Below, in pieces: positions 37,331 to 47,748 of a stretch of 64,000 nt of DNA (position 1 is the first letter of the stretch; each line of letters begins with the position of its first letter). This DNA is from an uncultured Poribacteria bacterium (GTDB lineage Bacteria; Poribacteria; WGA-4E; WGA-3G), in the NCBI GenBank assembly GCA_958296135.2, contig CATQHZ020000001.1, positions 2,784,001-2,848,000 on the forward strand. Reading direction: 5' to 3'. The position numbers were made by a program, and so were the translations under genes. Below the pieces are notes generated by a model. It was not told the origin of the DNA. It was given only the letters and a program-made list of their open reading frames with translations, and made no database searches.

Positions 37331-40300
37331 TACCCATCAACCCCCAATGCCCCCAATCCGGAAACAATCCCCACCGTCTCCACACTCAACCCAACCACCT
37401 GACGCACCAAGCGCACGATGGACTCCGCATCCGAAACGCAATTCGGATCGTTCACAATACCACTGCTTTTATCAGGTTTCACGCGATACTGGTCTACCAC
37501 CCACTCTAACGCCGAACGACTCCCTAACCGATACGCAAACGCCACCGCAGGAATCCCATCCAACGTCAGGAAATCGTTGTAGCGGAGGGATGTCCGATCT
37601 TTGGAAAATTTCATCTGCGACACACGCCAATCTAACGGCGCACCCGGCGTTTCAATTAACCGAAGCGTCCCATCAACTGGCAACTCCTCATAATGGAGAT
37701 GCAAGTGTGCCAACCGCTCTCCCGCCTTCACGAACTCCCAGAAATCTGGCGCGAACGGCATACGCGGCAAATCGCGCTTCAAATCTGCCTGATACCGCTC
37801 CCGATACTGGGGATGATGCAAGACACCGTAGCAATAGTGGAAAATGTCCCACTTCGTGATGCTCGCATCGCCGTAATGCGCACGAAACGCCGATAATGCC
37901 CACGCCGTAATGTTCTCACGACGGTTCGTGCCATCCTCATCGTAGGTGTAAAACGGAAAGCATTGCGCGATTTGGAGGAGCGCGCTGTTCGGAAGCACAT
38001 CCGCCATTAACACCTGAAACGGTTGGCTACTTCCGGTCGCGCTGACACAAATGACCTGGTTTTCTGTCTCAGTTTGAGGTGTGGGAAAAAAGGACGGAAG
38101 CAGGTAGATTACGTCGATGAGATGTCTGTCAAAATATAGATTCCTTTTTGTAAAGGGACGATAGAGCGTGGTCCGCATCTTCTCTTCGGCATACTCAGCA
38201 ATCTTGCCGCGTTTCAGTTTCGCTTTCAAGTCGCGACTCCAACTGATTTGCTGCTGATTGACGGTGACGAAATCATCGACGTTTGTCGCTGCCTTGTCCG
38301 CAAGTGCCTGCCACTGAAACATCTGGGTATTGTAGAAATCCATCGTTCTCCGAACGTTCTTGGCGAGGGCGCGTTTGTCGGCGTTAATCACCCAGGCATC
38401 CCGTCCGGTCTTGAAGCCGTTGCAGTATTGGTGGAAAATCACGCCAGATACATCGCCTTTCGTGGCTTTCGCTTCCTTCGTCCCCATCGGGATGAAAGAG
38501 GCAAACTCGGAGCGGAGCCCTTCCGTAATCCACGTATACCGCGCGTCCGGCTGAAGCCGCTGCCACGTAACGTTGCCGACGTGTTCGCGTGTCTTCAGGA
38601 AGTCAAACGTATCCTCTTTGCTCGCCTCCGCCGTTTCGTCGTTGTAAAAAATTCGAGGGGGGGGTCTCTCCTACCTGTCGAGACCGGGAGGTCTCTCCTA
38701 CCGGGGAGGCGGTTTGCGTTACCGTAGCGCGAGGGCCTGTCCCTCGCGAGGCCAAAGGGCCTACCGGAGAGGCGGTTCGAGACCGGGAGGTCTCTCCTAC
38801 CTGTCGAGACCGGGGGGTCTCTCCTACCGGGGATTTTTTGACAAAAATGTTGATGCTCACGCCGACCTGGATGCCGAAGACGTTGGCAGCACCGGGTTGT
38901 CCCTTGCGGATATTGCCGCCCATGTCAAACAGATACAGCGTGTCAAAATCTTGGGCGAGATGCTTCCGCATCCCATCAAACGACTGCCCAGTGATGAAGT
39001 TGTTATTCGTCACAAGCGCGACGATACCCGCGCCTTCAAGCCGCTTCAATGCCCAGAAGATCGCTTTCACATAGGGATCGTAGAGCATATTTGTGTTCGT
39101 TGAGGCAGAGTCTTGGACGTAGGTCTGCTGCACCTGCTTATCAAGGGCCGGGTACTTCCGATTCTTATTGTTGTCGTTTTCGTTCGTCTGCTTGGCGTTG
39201 TATGGCGGATTGCCGATGACGACAAACATCGGCGACTGCTTTTGCGTCTCAACCCGGCGCGTGTTATCCGGGGCGAACATCGTCACCTGCCGCGCATCCG
39301 TCACATCAAACGTATCCACAAGGCAGATTTTATCGTAAGGGAGATACTGCTGCGTCGCGACATAATACTCATGCTCAATGTTCATGCTCGCGATATAGTA
39401 GGGCAAAAGCAGCACCTCGTTGCAGTGGAGCTCCTCGCGATATTTCGACCGGAGTGCCGTTTTGTCGATTTCCTGCATCAGCCGCACGATGAAGTTGCCG
39501 GTGCCGACGAACGGATCGATGATGTTCACCCCGCTATCCGAAAGCGTCCTGTTGAACTCGGTTTTCAGGACATGCGAAACGCTCTTCACAATGAAATCGA
39601 CAATCGGCTGCGGCGTGTAGACGATGCCGTGCGTATCCGCAACCTTCACAGAGAAGCCTTGGAAGAACTGCTCATACACCGTGTTGATGAAGTGCTGTTT
39701 CTGCGCAAAGTCGATGAAAGTGGTGGCGGCGCGCTCAATAGCGGTATAGAACGGCTTGAGGCTTTTGAGAAACTCGGCACGGTTCCACTGCTGTGAGACG
39801 AGCGCGTCGACTACCTTCTCAATCTCGCGGGCGATGATATTCCGCCGCGTGAAATCGCGGTTATCGAAGACCGAGGTGAAAATCTGTTCGGTGAGGATAT
39901 GTTGAACAAGCATCTCTTCCACGGCAGCCCTTGCGAGATTCGGGTTAATCGCTTCTTGGCATTGGCGATAGAATTCGGCGAATGCCTCCTGAAACAGCGC
40001 GTTGGTCTCCGCTTCGGCGCGGATAAGTGCCGCCAGTTGTTTGCCGAGTGCCGGCACTTTGCCCTTGAATTCGGCGACGGCGCGATACCAATTGGCAATG
40101 TCCGTCTGTTCGTAGTTGAAAAAGGCGCGTAGCACTTGAGCCAGGGCATCCCGATTGGAAATATCCACGTCCAGTACCTGTTCGCCGTTCTGATAGAGAA
40201 TCGCGCGTTTGGGGGTTTGGAAGAGGATGTTATCTGTCGGGTAACCTGCGGCGAATTTCTTGTCGATTTCGGCGGGGAGCTCATCGTGCAGGTCCTTCGC

Positions 40301-40552
40301 TTCCCAGTAGCCGCGCGGCAGCCCGAATTCGTTATCAACCAACATGCCATCGACGACAATGGTGGTATGTTGCGGCGTGCGGAGACGTTTCTCGCAGACA
40401 AGCGTGAGGTTACCCTGCCGAGCGTAGTGCTGGAGGAGCGTTCCGAAAGCAAGTCGCACTGCGCCTTCGTGCGTTTCACCGAGGTGTTCGTATTGCCCCA
40501 GTTCGGCGTAAAAATTCGTTATCGGTTTGTGCGTCGGTTTGATGTCAATCAT
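37330..40552 (-). pseudogene. Type ISP-like / IIG nuclease-MTase-specificity enzyme (no helicase), frameshifted at G8 tract 38657-38664
   Basis: DG..WEAKD nuclease; GIVYTP, DPFVGTG, GNPPY; GFKTGRDAW, YRPF, RSALEW; C7 on the coding strand gives ..PRIFYNDE..FIPMGTK and joins both ORFs. Confidence 0.85.
38657..38830. repeat. Array of REP-like units (cgagaccgggaggtctctcctac; gtagcgcgagggcctgtccctcgc) inside the coding sequence
   Basis: Translates as repeated VGETSRSR; similar units occur intergenically (46271, 46997, 32730). Confidence 0.85.
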
Positions 40553-40678
40553 TGATGTCCTAAATGCTCCACCGGTAGGCGAGGCGGGGCGATGACTTTA
40601 TCGGTTTGTGCGTCGGTTTGATGTCAATCATTGATGTCCTCAATGCTCCACCGGTAGGCGAGGCGGGGCGATGACTTT
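40521..40678. repeat. 79 bp tandem duplication (one mismatch) covering the RBS and first codons of the type ISP-like gene
   Basis: Copies at 40521-40599 and 40600-40678. Confidence 0.92.
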
Positions 40679-40682
40679 GGCG

Positions 40683-42038
40683 TTACTTCTTCACCGCGCC
40701 AAACGTCACCCCTCGCAATAAATGGCGCCGCATCAGAAAGGTGAAAATCGCCACTGGCAATAGAAAAACAAACGTTCCCGCCGCAATCTTCCCCCAATCC
40801 ATGCCGGTAGAGCCAGTCGCGCTAGTAATCGAAGGCGGCGCGGTCACCGCTCTGCCGCCGACTTCCGTTAGCACGAGTGCGAAGGCGAATTCGTTCCACG
40901 CCGTGATGAGACAGAATACCGCAGTCGCCGCCATCCCCGTTACAGATTGCGGCAGCACTACCTTCAGGAACGTTTGGAAGCGCGTGTAGCCATCGACGAG
41001 CGCGGCATCCTCATACTCCCTCGGAATCTCGTCAATAAATCCTTTCATCAGCCAGACTGCGAACGAAACGTTGAACGTCGTATAGAGTAGGATAAGCCCG
41101 AAGTGCGTATCGCGTAGCCCCAGCGCGCTATACATCAGATAAATCGGAATGACGACAACGACAGGCGGCAGCATCCGAGTGCTGAGGATAAAAAAGAGAA
41201 GATCATCCTTCCCAGCAACGTCGAATCGGGAGAAGGCGTAGGCGGCTAACGTGCCTAATCCAACGGCGAGAATTGTGCTACCCCCACCGATGATAATGCT
41301 ATTGAGCAGTTGATAGAAATACTTAGAACCGCCGTTTGCCAATACAACACAGACTGCAATCGTTGCAAAAATAGTGGGACCGATAAAGGCGAGGTGTTGC
41401 CTTTCGGTATCCTGTGGTGGTGCCGAACGCGCGCCACGTCTCCACAACGCGCTCATTGATGAAGGGAAAATGAGGAGATAGGCAGCCACAGCGCACACTA
41501 TCAGCGTCCAAAAGTGGAAACGGACATCCGCTTGGAGGCGGCTCTGAAGCGGCGGCAAACTGAAAAAACTATAGATGCACGTCACAACGAAGATGCCGTT
41601 CCAGACTAAGCCGATGCCCCTCGCTTTTGCAGGCGCGCCCGCCCGGTCGCGCCTCCCCCCGGTAGGAGAGACCTCCCGGTCTCGATTCCCCTCGGTAGGA
41701 GAGACCTCCCGGTCTCGATTGCTTCCCGATTCCTCCCTGTCCCGATTGCTTCCCTGTCCCGATTGCTTCCCTGCAATTGAAAAAAACGCGAACAGGAGCA
41801 TCCCACCAATTGCCTCCACGATAAAGATGAACGCCACCCCCGGTACATCTGCCGAGATCAACTTCTGATAATTTTCCAGCGAAATACTAAAAATGAACTT
41901 GGGGAGTTTAGTGTGGATATCCCCCGGTGCCTTCAGCGATGTCGCCACAATCCAATAAATCGGGACGATATAGAGAACTACGGTGACTGCGATGAGCGCG
42001 ATGATGAGGTAGTGTCCAAAGGTTTTCCGATTCTGCAT
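40683..42038 (-). CDS. Carbohydrate ABC transporter permease with inserted repeats and extra TM segments
   Basis: EAA motif EYEDAALVDG; AWNEF; insert NRDREVSPT twice. Confidence 0.9.
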   Translation of the reverse strand: MQNRKTFGHYLIIALIAVTVVLYIVPIYWIVATSLKAPGDIHTKLPKFIFSISLENYQKLISADVPGVAFIFIVEAIGGMLLFAFFSIAGKQSGQGSNRDREESGSNRDREVSPTEGNRDREVSPTGGRRDRAGAPAKARGIGLVWNGIFVVTCIYSFFSLPPLQSRLQADVRFHFWTLIVCAVAAYLLIFPSSMSALWRRGARSAPPQDTERQHLAFIGPTIFATIAVCVVLANGGSKYFYQLLNSIIIGGGSTILAVGLGTLAAYAFSRFDVAGKDDLLFFILSTRMLPPVVVVIPIYLMYSALGLRDTHFGLILLYTTFNVSFAVWLMKGFIDEIPREYEDAALVDGYTRFQTFLKVVLPQSVTGMAATAVFCLITAWNEFAFALVLTEVGGRAVTAPPSITSATGSTGMDWGKIAAGTFVFLLPVAIFTFLMRRHLLRGVTFGAVKK

Positions 42039-42045
42039 AAGCGTG

Positions 42046-42948
42046 CTATGCTTCTCCCTTTACACGATTGAGATATTTGACGTAGATGTTGCTCAGCGCG
42101 ACGATAATGACGAGCAGGAGATACGCCATCGCGCACGCTTTGCCGGTGTTATAGTTCCGAAACGCCAGCTTGTAGAGGTTCATCGAGACAGTCTCGGTGA
42201 CTGTGCCGGGGCCCCCTTCGCGCGTGAGGACATAAACGATGTCGAACATTTTGAACGCATCCATCGTGCGGAACAAAAGCGCGATGAGCAAGAGCGGCGA
42301 CACCAACGGCAGCGTAATCCATCGGAACTTGAACCACGCGGAGGCTCTGTCCACATCGGCGGCTTCATAGAGAGATTTCGGCACCGCGCTTAATCCTGCC
42401 AGCGCGATGAGCATCATAAACGGGGACCACATCCACGTATCAACGATGACGACTGCCAGCATGGCTACCTTAGGGTTCGTCGTCCAGCCGATAGGCGATT
42501 TCAGAAAGGGACTCAGGAAAAAGTTAAGCAATCCCGCGTTATCGGAGGAGAGGATGAATCGCCAAAAAAGTCCCACGACGACAGGCGACAGCATCATCGG
42601 CAGCAGGAGTAGCGTCGTAATGAAGCCTTTATACCGGAAATCGCGATTGAGCAGCAGGGCGAGCCCAAACCCGATTAGGAATTGCGCAGCGACAGCTAAG
42701 ACGACGAAATAGGCGGTGGTTTGGAAGTAACCCCATATCTCGGGGTCTGCAAGAAGACGCGTGTAGTTACGCGTGCCGATAAACTTCGCCGCCGTCGGCA
42801 TCGAGGCTTTATAGCGATGGAAACTTAAATAGAGGGACCACAGCAACGGGAAAATGTTCATCAAGATAAGCAAAACCATCGTCGGCATGATGAATGCCAT
42901 CTTGAGTTGGTAGTCGCTCATTCCACGCGAAAAACGGTTTGTTTGCAT
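42046..42948 (-). CDS. Carbohydrate ABC transporter permease
   Basis: LYEAADVDRA, DTWMWSPF, GGPG..TET. Confidence 0.92.
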   Translation of the reverse strand: MQTNRFSRGMSDYQLKMAFIMPTMVLLILMNIFPLLWSLYLSFHRYKASMPTAAKFIGTRNYTRLLADPEIWGYFQTTAYFVVLAVAAQFLIGFGLALLLNRDFRYKGFITTLLLLPMMLSPVVVGLFWRFILSSDNAGLLNFFLSPFLKSPIGWTTNPKVAMLAVVIVDTWMWSPFMMLIALAGLSAVPKSLYEAADVDRASAWFKFRWITLPLVSPLLLIALLFRTMDAFKMFDIVYVLTREGGPGTVTETVSMNLYKLAFRNYNTGKACAMAYLLLVIIVALSNIYVKYLNRVKGEA

Positions 42949-43123
42949 ATATTTTTCATAAGAACGCGGGTTTTGAGACCGGCATTGCACGGCAAGGGAC
43001 AGTGGACATCTCTGCAGCGAAGCGGCAGAGATGACAAAGTTTCGGTGTGACGGCCCTCGCCCTACGGGATGAGGAGCGTTCTCAATAGGGCGAAGGACAG
43101 GCCCTCGCCCTAAAAAGAGTTAC

Positions 43124-44443
43124 TTACTCATCGTAGTAGCCGGCATCCTCGAAGATTTCCTCGTGCTTGCGGGCGATAGCATCGAGTGCCTCCTTCGCGG
43201 ACTTGATTTTGGAGATAGCCGCACTCCAATTCGTCTGGCATACTTCTAACAGCTCCGCATATTCCGGCACCGCCCAGAAATCGCGAAGATACGGGAAACT
43301 CGCAGCGAACGCCTCGTTAAAGGGTGTCGCCTGCTTGAACGCGTCCGATTGCAACACCTCTTTATACGGTGTGAAACCACCGAGCTGCGCCCACTTCTCC
43401 TGAACCGGCTTCTGCATGAACCACTTCATATACTGCTTCGCGACATCCTGATTTTTGGAATACGCGGAAATGGACATGCCTTGCCCACCGATGCTGATAT
43501 AGTGCCCCTTCGGACCGGCAGGTGCGATGAAGAAGCCGCTCTTGTCGTGGGAGATCGGATTCGTATCCGCGTTGACTACACCGGGGAAGAAGGCGAAATA
43601 GTTCATCGCCATCGCAACCTTTCCGGAAGTATAGGCATTCAGCGTCTCCAACCAATAATAGTTGGGGCCGTCCGGCGGCGCGAATTGAAGCAAATCCGTG
43701 TAAAATTCAAGTGCCTTAACAGCATCTTCGGTGTTGAGGTGCCCCGCCACTTTATAACTCTCTGCATCGCCGTATGCGCCGCCGAAACTCCACATCACCT
43801 GTTGGAAGCCCATGGTGATGCCATCGTATTCCTTGCTATACCACGTCGCGATACCGTAGAGGTCCTTCTCCGGGCGCGTGAAAAATTCGGCGATGTCGCG
43901 GAGCTGCGCATAGGTTTTGGGCGGTGCCAGCGCGTAGCCGTATTTCGCTTGGAACATCTCCATCTCACCCGGGTCTTCAAAAAGGTCTTTCCGGTAGACA
44001 TAACCGGCGGCATCCACTTCCGCGGGCAGTGCCCAATACTTTCCGGTGCCTTTCGGATATTCCGCGAACGCTGTCATCGCCGGTCCGTAGATAGCGTCAA
44101 CGTCAATATTAGCGTTAATCCATTCGGTAAGAGGAATGTAGTGTCCACCGACAGAATTTCTCCCAAGCCACTGGCTATCGCCGATGACGATGTCGTAAAG
44201 GTCGCTCTTCCCGACAAAGGCGGTGAATACCTTATCTTGAAAATTCGACCAAGGTATCTGGACGACATCAACAGGAATCCCCGTTTCGGCAGTAAAGTCC
44301 TTGGAGAGTTCCGCTAGATAATTTGCAGGATCCCATTCTGCCCAGACGATGGTGAGGGATTGCTGCGCGTTCGCGGGTATGCTGACGAATACCAACGCAA
44401 CGATTAGCACGAATACCAGACTGATCTGAACGTTTTTCATCAT
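43124..44443 (-). CDS. Sugar ABC transporter substrate-binding protein
   Basis: Signal peptide; YDIVIGDSQW, YRKDLF, PKTY..LRDIAEFFT; RBS aaaggag. Confidence 0.9.
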   Translation of the reverse strand: MMKNVQISLVFVLIVALVFVSIPANAQQSLTIVWAEWDPANYLAELSKDFTAETGIPVDVVQIPWSNFQDKVFTAFVGKSDLYDIVIGDSQWLGRNSVGGHYIPLTEWINANIDVDAIYGPAMTAFAEYPKGTGKYWALPAEVDAAGYVYRKDLFEDPGEMEMFQAKYGYALAPPKTYAQLRDIAEFFTRPEKDLYGIATWYSKEYDGITMGFQQVMWSFGGAYGDAESYKVAGHLNTEDAVKALEFYTDLLQFAPPDGPNYYWLETLNAYTSGKVAMAMNYFAFFPGVVNADTNPISHDKSGFFIAPAGPKGHYISIGGQGMSISAYSKNQDVAKQYMKWFMQKPVQEKWAQLGGFTPYKEVLQSDAFKQATPFNEAFAASFPYLRDFWAVPEYAELLEVCQTNWSAAISKIKSAKEALDAIARKHEEIFEDAGYYDE

Positions 44444-44548
44444 GTTATGCTCCTTTGTGTGCATTGATTGCGAGGCGCGGGGCCTCGTTAACATTTGTGT
44501 CGCGGCTAGCGTTTGCACGCCACTGAAGGAAGCACGCGATTTTTAAAC

Positions 44549-44576
44549 ATTATAGCAAATCACAAAAATTTTGCAA
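44549..44576 (-). promoter_or_regulatory. Sigma70 promoter TTGCAA-16-TATAAT with extended TG
   Basis: Upstream of the ABC operon. Confidence 0.6.
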
Positions 44577-44821
44577 GAAAATTTTAGGCGTGAAGAGAAA
44601 AGTCAGAAATGTGGGTAGGCGCGCTTGTATGAAGATGAATGGAAACGGGCGGATAGAGACATCCGCAGCTGTCCCGCAGTTCCGTAGGACGAGGGGAACC
44701 TGTCCCTCGCCATGCAACGAAACTCGCGGGGGAAACCCTCGGCAGTTAGTGACTGCCGGGCCCCCGCGCTACGTTCCAAGGCGGGTTATCGCGCCCACGG
44801 GGTGGGTTCAGCACAAGAGCG

Positions 44822-46207
44822 TTAATTGGCTCGTTTCAGCGAGATGCCGCCGCCCAAACCGCGAAGTTTCAAAAGCGGCCCGCCGCCGTTAATCGTCCCC
44901 TGCAACTGGCCCGGTTTAACAGGCCCCGTCACCTCCGAGACGACCGGAAATTCTGTCTTCACTGCGCCGCCGAGCCCTTTGGCATCGACGTTCACCGCAA
45001 CATCGGGGATGAGGATAATCTCAATGCTGCCGCCAGCTGTCTCCAAAACACACTCGTCCTGAATCTGTCCGCGGAGATGCGCGCGGATGCTGCCGCCAGC
45101 GGCTTTCGCGTTGACAGCACCGTCAGTCTCCAAATCCACACTCCCGCCGGCAGTTTTTACATCTGCGCCGCCGGTGCACTCGCTCAGTAAGAGATTACCG
45201 CCGGTGGTTCGCCCGGTGATACCCCCAATGACTTCGGTGAAGTGGAGATTGCCGCCGGTCGTTTTCGCGTTCACATCGCCGGTGCCGGTTTGCACCTCAA
45301 TACTGCCACCGGACGTTCGGAGCGCCGCGTCGCCTTCAAAACTCTGTAAGGCGATGCTGCCACCAGCGGCGCGTCCGTCCATTTTGCCGGTGATGTTCTC
45401 AAGCCGAAGTTCACCGCCAGCCGTTCGCGCGTTCACGTCACCCGCGAGATTCTCAACGGAGATGTCATCTCCTACTGTCTTCAAATCGACGTTATAGCGA
45501 CGCGGCACAATGATGTCGAACTGCACATCCAATCGGCTGCGCGCTTTATCCAATACTTTCTTCGGGCCTTTGAACACCGCAGCGATTTTTACATCGGACG
45601 CATCGTGTGTGACGGTGACATCGAAAACTTTGAGGAGTTCACCGGCGCGCCGGTCTGCCTTCAGCTGCGCCGAACGATGCACCCGCAACGCCAGTGTGTC
45701 ACTCTCCGCTGTCTGAACGTCAATCGCACCAAGAGCGGTATCAACCGTGAGACATCCACCGGGCGCGACCGGAAACGCCTCCTCTATGTCCTCTAAAGTG
45801 CTCTCAGTTAAGAAATCGGGGACAGACTTGCGAATCAAATCGCCGATCTTCTCTTCAGCCTCGCTCAGTTCTTCCTGAACGTTCTCCAAGAACCGTTTTC
45901 CAAAAAAGCCGGTTACCCACCCTTTGAAATCGGAGGTGGTGACTAATTCCTCGTTGAGATAAGCGGCGAGTTGATGGCACGCGATGCCTATCTCGCCAAA
46001 AGATGCTTGCGCTCCGAGTGCCTCGAAGAGCCCTTCCGGCACGGCATCAATGTCGCGCAGGCGGGCCAGCACGTTATTAAATTGGGCAATGCATCGGGGT
46101 TCACCAGCTTTGAAAGCGTCCGTATGCACTGCGTCCTCTGCGAGTTTCGCGGTATGTTCCAAGAGATGGAATAGCCCGCGGAGCTCCCTTTGCGTCTGTT
46201 GTTCCAT
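44822..46207 (-). CDS. Uncharacterised N-terminal domain fused to DUF4097 (Toastrack) repeats; no signal peptide
   Basis: TAGG/TSGG/TTGG repeats; GTINGGGP end; N-terminus homologous to 3365-3922; RBS agaggt. Confidence 0.85.
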   Translation of the reverse strand: MEQQTQRELRGLFHLLEHTAKLAEDAVHTDAFKAGEPRCIAQFNNVLARLRDIDAVPEGLFEALGAQASFGEIGIACHQLAAYLNEELVTTSDFKGWVTGFFGKRFLENVQEELSEAEEKIGDLIRKSVPDFLTESTLEDIEEAFPVAPGGCLTVDTALGAIDVQTAESDTLALRVHRSAQLKADRRAGELLKVFDVTVTHDASDVKIAAVFKGPKKVLDKARSRLDVQFDIIVPRRYNVDLKTVGDDISVENLAGDVNARTAGGELRLENITGKMDGRAAGGSIALQSFEGDAALRTSGGSIEVQTGTGDVNAKTTGGNLHFTEVIGGITGRTTGGNLLLSECTGGADVKTAGGSVDLETDGAVNAKAAGGSIRAHLRGQIQDECVLETAGGSIEIILIPDVAVNVDAKGLGGAVKTEFPVVSEVTGPVKPGQLQGTINGGGPLLKLRGLGGGISLKRAN

Positions 46208-46339
46208 AATATACACCTCTATAAACCTGTGTCGGGCCTTATGCAGCGCCCAGTCCCGAACTGCCAGCATCGGGACCAGGAGGTCCCTCCTACTGAAAGA
46301 GGAGATCCGAGCGCGATTGCAAACCGCGCCTCCCGCAAA

Positions 46340-46924
46340 TCAATCATCGTCACCGTAGCCGTGCTTCTCCAAAAGCGTTTTGAGCAATGCCTTCGCTCTG
46401 TGCAGCCGCCACTTCACCGTCGTCAACGGGACCGATAGGAACTCCGCCATCCGTTTCTGCGGCATTTCTGCCCAGTAATACAGTTGGATAACCTCCTGAA
46501 ACTCGGTGGGCAGCTCCATAATTGCGTCCCTCACATCCTGCCGCGCCTGTTTCCGTTCAAAAATAGTGGCCGGGTCTGCATCACTCGGGTCTGCTGCCCT
46601 ATTGACATAAGGTTCCATATCCTCCTGCGGTGCGTAGCGGCTGGTGTTTTTGTAATGCCGCACTGCGCGGTTCCGGGTAATCGAATGAAGCCACGCGCCA
46701 AATCGGTTCAGATCATCCAGCTGCGGCAGTGCCTCAAATGCAAGCAACAGTGCATCTTGGACAACATCTTCCGCATCGGTAGGGTTGCGGACAATCTGTT
46801 GCGCTACCGTCAGCATGGCGCGCCGATAGCGCAACACCAGCACATCAAACGCTTCCGTATTCCCTGCGAGTGCAGCGACGATTAACTCAGCATCGCTTGC
46901 GTCGGTTAATTCTTCCGAATGCAT
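46340..46924 (-). CDS. ECF-subfamily RNA polymerase sigma factor
   Basis: DAEDVVQD, FGAWL..I.RN, region 4 TVKWRLHRAK. Confidence 0.93.
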   Translation of the reverse strand: MHSEELTDASDAELIVAALAGNTEAFDVLVLRYRRAMLTVAQQIVRNPTDAEDVVQDALLLAFEALPQLDDLNRFGAWLHSITRNRAVRHYKNTSRYAPQEDMEPYVNRAADPSDADPATIFERKQARQDVRDAIMELPTEFQEVIQLYYWAEMPQKRMAEFLSVPLTTVKWRLHRAKALLKTLLEKHGYGDDD

Positions 46925-47060
46925 GAAAATTCCCCTTCCAGACCACTTCGTTACACGTCGTAGGAGAGCCCTCCACGTCCCGATTTTCTCGGGTATCGGG
47001 ACCGGGAGGTGCCTCCTACCGGAAGAGGCAATGAAATGGTCTTGCGCCTTTCTTGCATAT

Positions 47061-47089
47061 TAGAGACAACTCACGCAAAAAGGATAGTA
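47061..47089 (-). promoter_or_regulatory. Putative autoregulatory ECF promoter TACTATCCTTTTT-N8-TGTCTCTA
   Basis: Matches 3191-3220; ends 137 nt upstream of the sigma start. Confidence 0.6.
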
Positions 47090-47161
47090 GAAATCGTCTG
47101 ATAAATCGTAAGGGCGGATGTCCATATCCGCCCGACACCCACTTTAACAGCCCCCACCCGA

Positions 47162-47632
47162 TTAACTCGGTTTATAGAATGTAACGAGACAGCCCCCAAT
47201 CGCTGCGAGCAAAATACCGGCAACAAATTGCCAGCGCACCGCGCCCCAGCCCCCCGCCGGTGGATGCGACAGCGTCGCGACAACAGCGTTCACAATTGGC
47301 GCGCACGCGAAGATAATAGACATCACCACGGCCGGTCTGCCGCCTAGTCCGAAGGTGAGCAGCACACTAAACGCGCCGATAGCACCCACAAGCCCAGCGA
47401 GGAAAGACCAGGATACCCCTTTTCCGGTGAAATTCCACGCCGCGCCGTTCAAGAGGAGCATTACTGCTGGACCGATGACAGCTACCAGGAAATAGGCGAG
47501 TCCGACAAACAAAAACGCCTTGAAACGTCCATTGACAGCATCACCCATCGAGAGCTGCCCTTTGTGAAGAAAAAATCCATAAAGTCCCCATGATATCCCA
47601 GTCAGGAAGACAAAAATCATCCATTTTGCCAT
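47162..47632 (-). CDS. Small DMT/EamA-like membrane protein
   Basis: About five TM helices; SWGLYG, VMSIIFACAPIVN. Confidence 0.7.
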   Translation of the reverse strand: MAKWMIFVFLTGISWGLYGFFLHKGQLSMGDAVNGRFKAFLFVGLAYFLVAVIGPAVMLLLNGAAWNFTGKGVSWSFLAGLVGAIGAFSVLLTFGLGGRPAVVMSIIFACAPIVNAVVATLSHPPAGGWGAVRWQFVAGILLAAIGGCLVTFYKPS

Positions 47633-47748
47633 AATTTGTTTTCCTATAGCCATGAACTCCGCTGGAGTTCTTAGTGGAGCAGGACAAACGCAACCCCATC
47701 CCCGTAGGCGCGCTTTGAAAGCGCGCCTACCAACGTGCGCAAGTCCCT

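Noticed and set aside
37330-37700. DGR variable region
   Set aside because: No template repeat or reverse transcriptase in the window, so adenine-specific variation cannot be shown
38657-38830. CRISPR-like array
   Set aside because: Units are REP-like with very short, irregular spacers, lie inside a CDS, and no cas genes are present
43349-44317. 322-aa antisense ORF (also 22160-22978, 39113-39796, 53746-54480, 53307-54080)
   Set aside because: Shadow ORFs overlapping well-supported genes in GC-rich DNA
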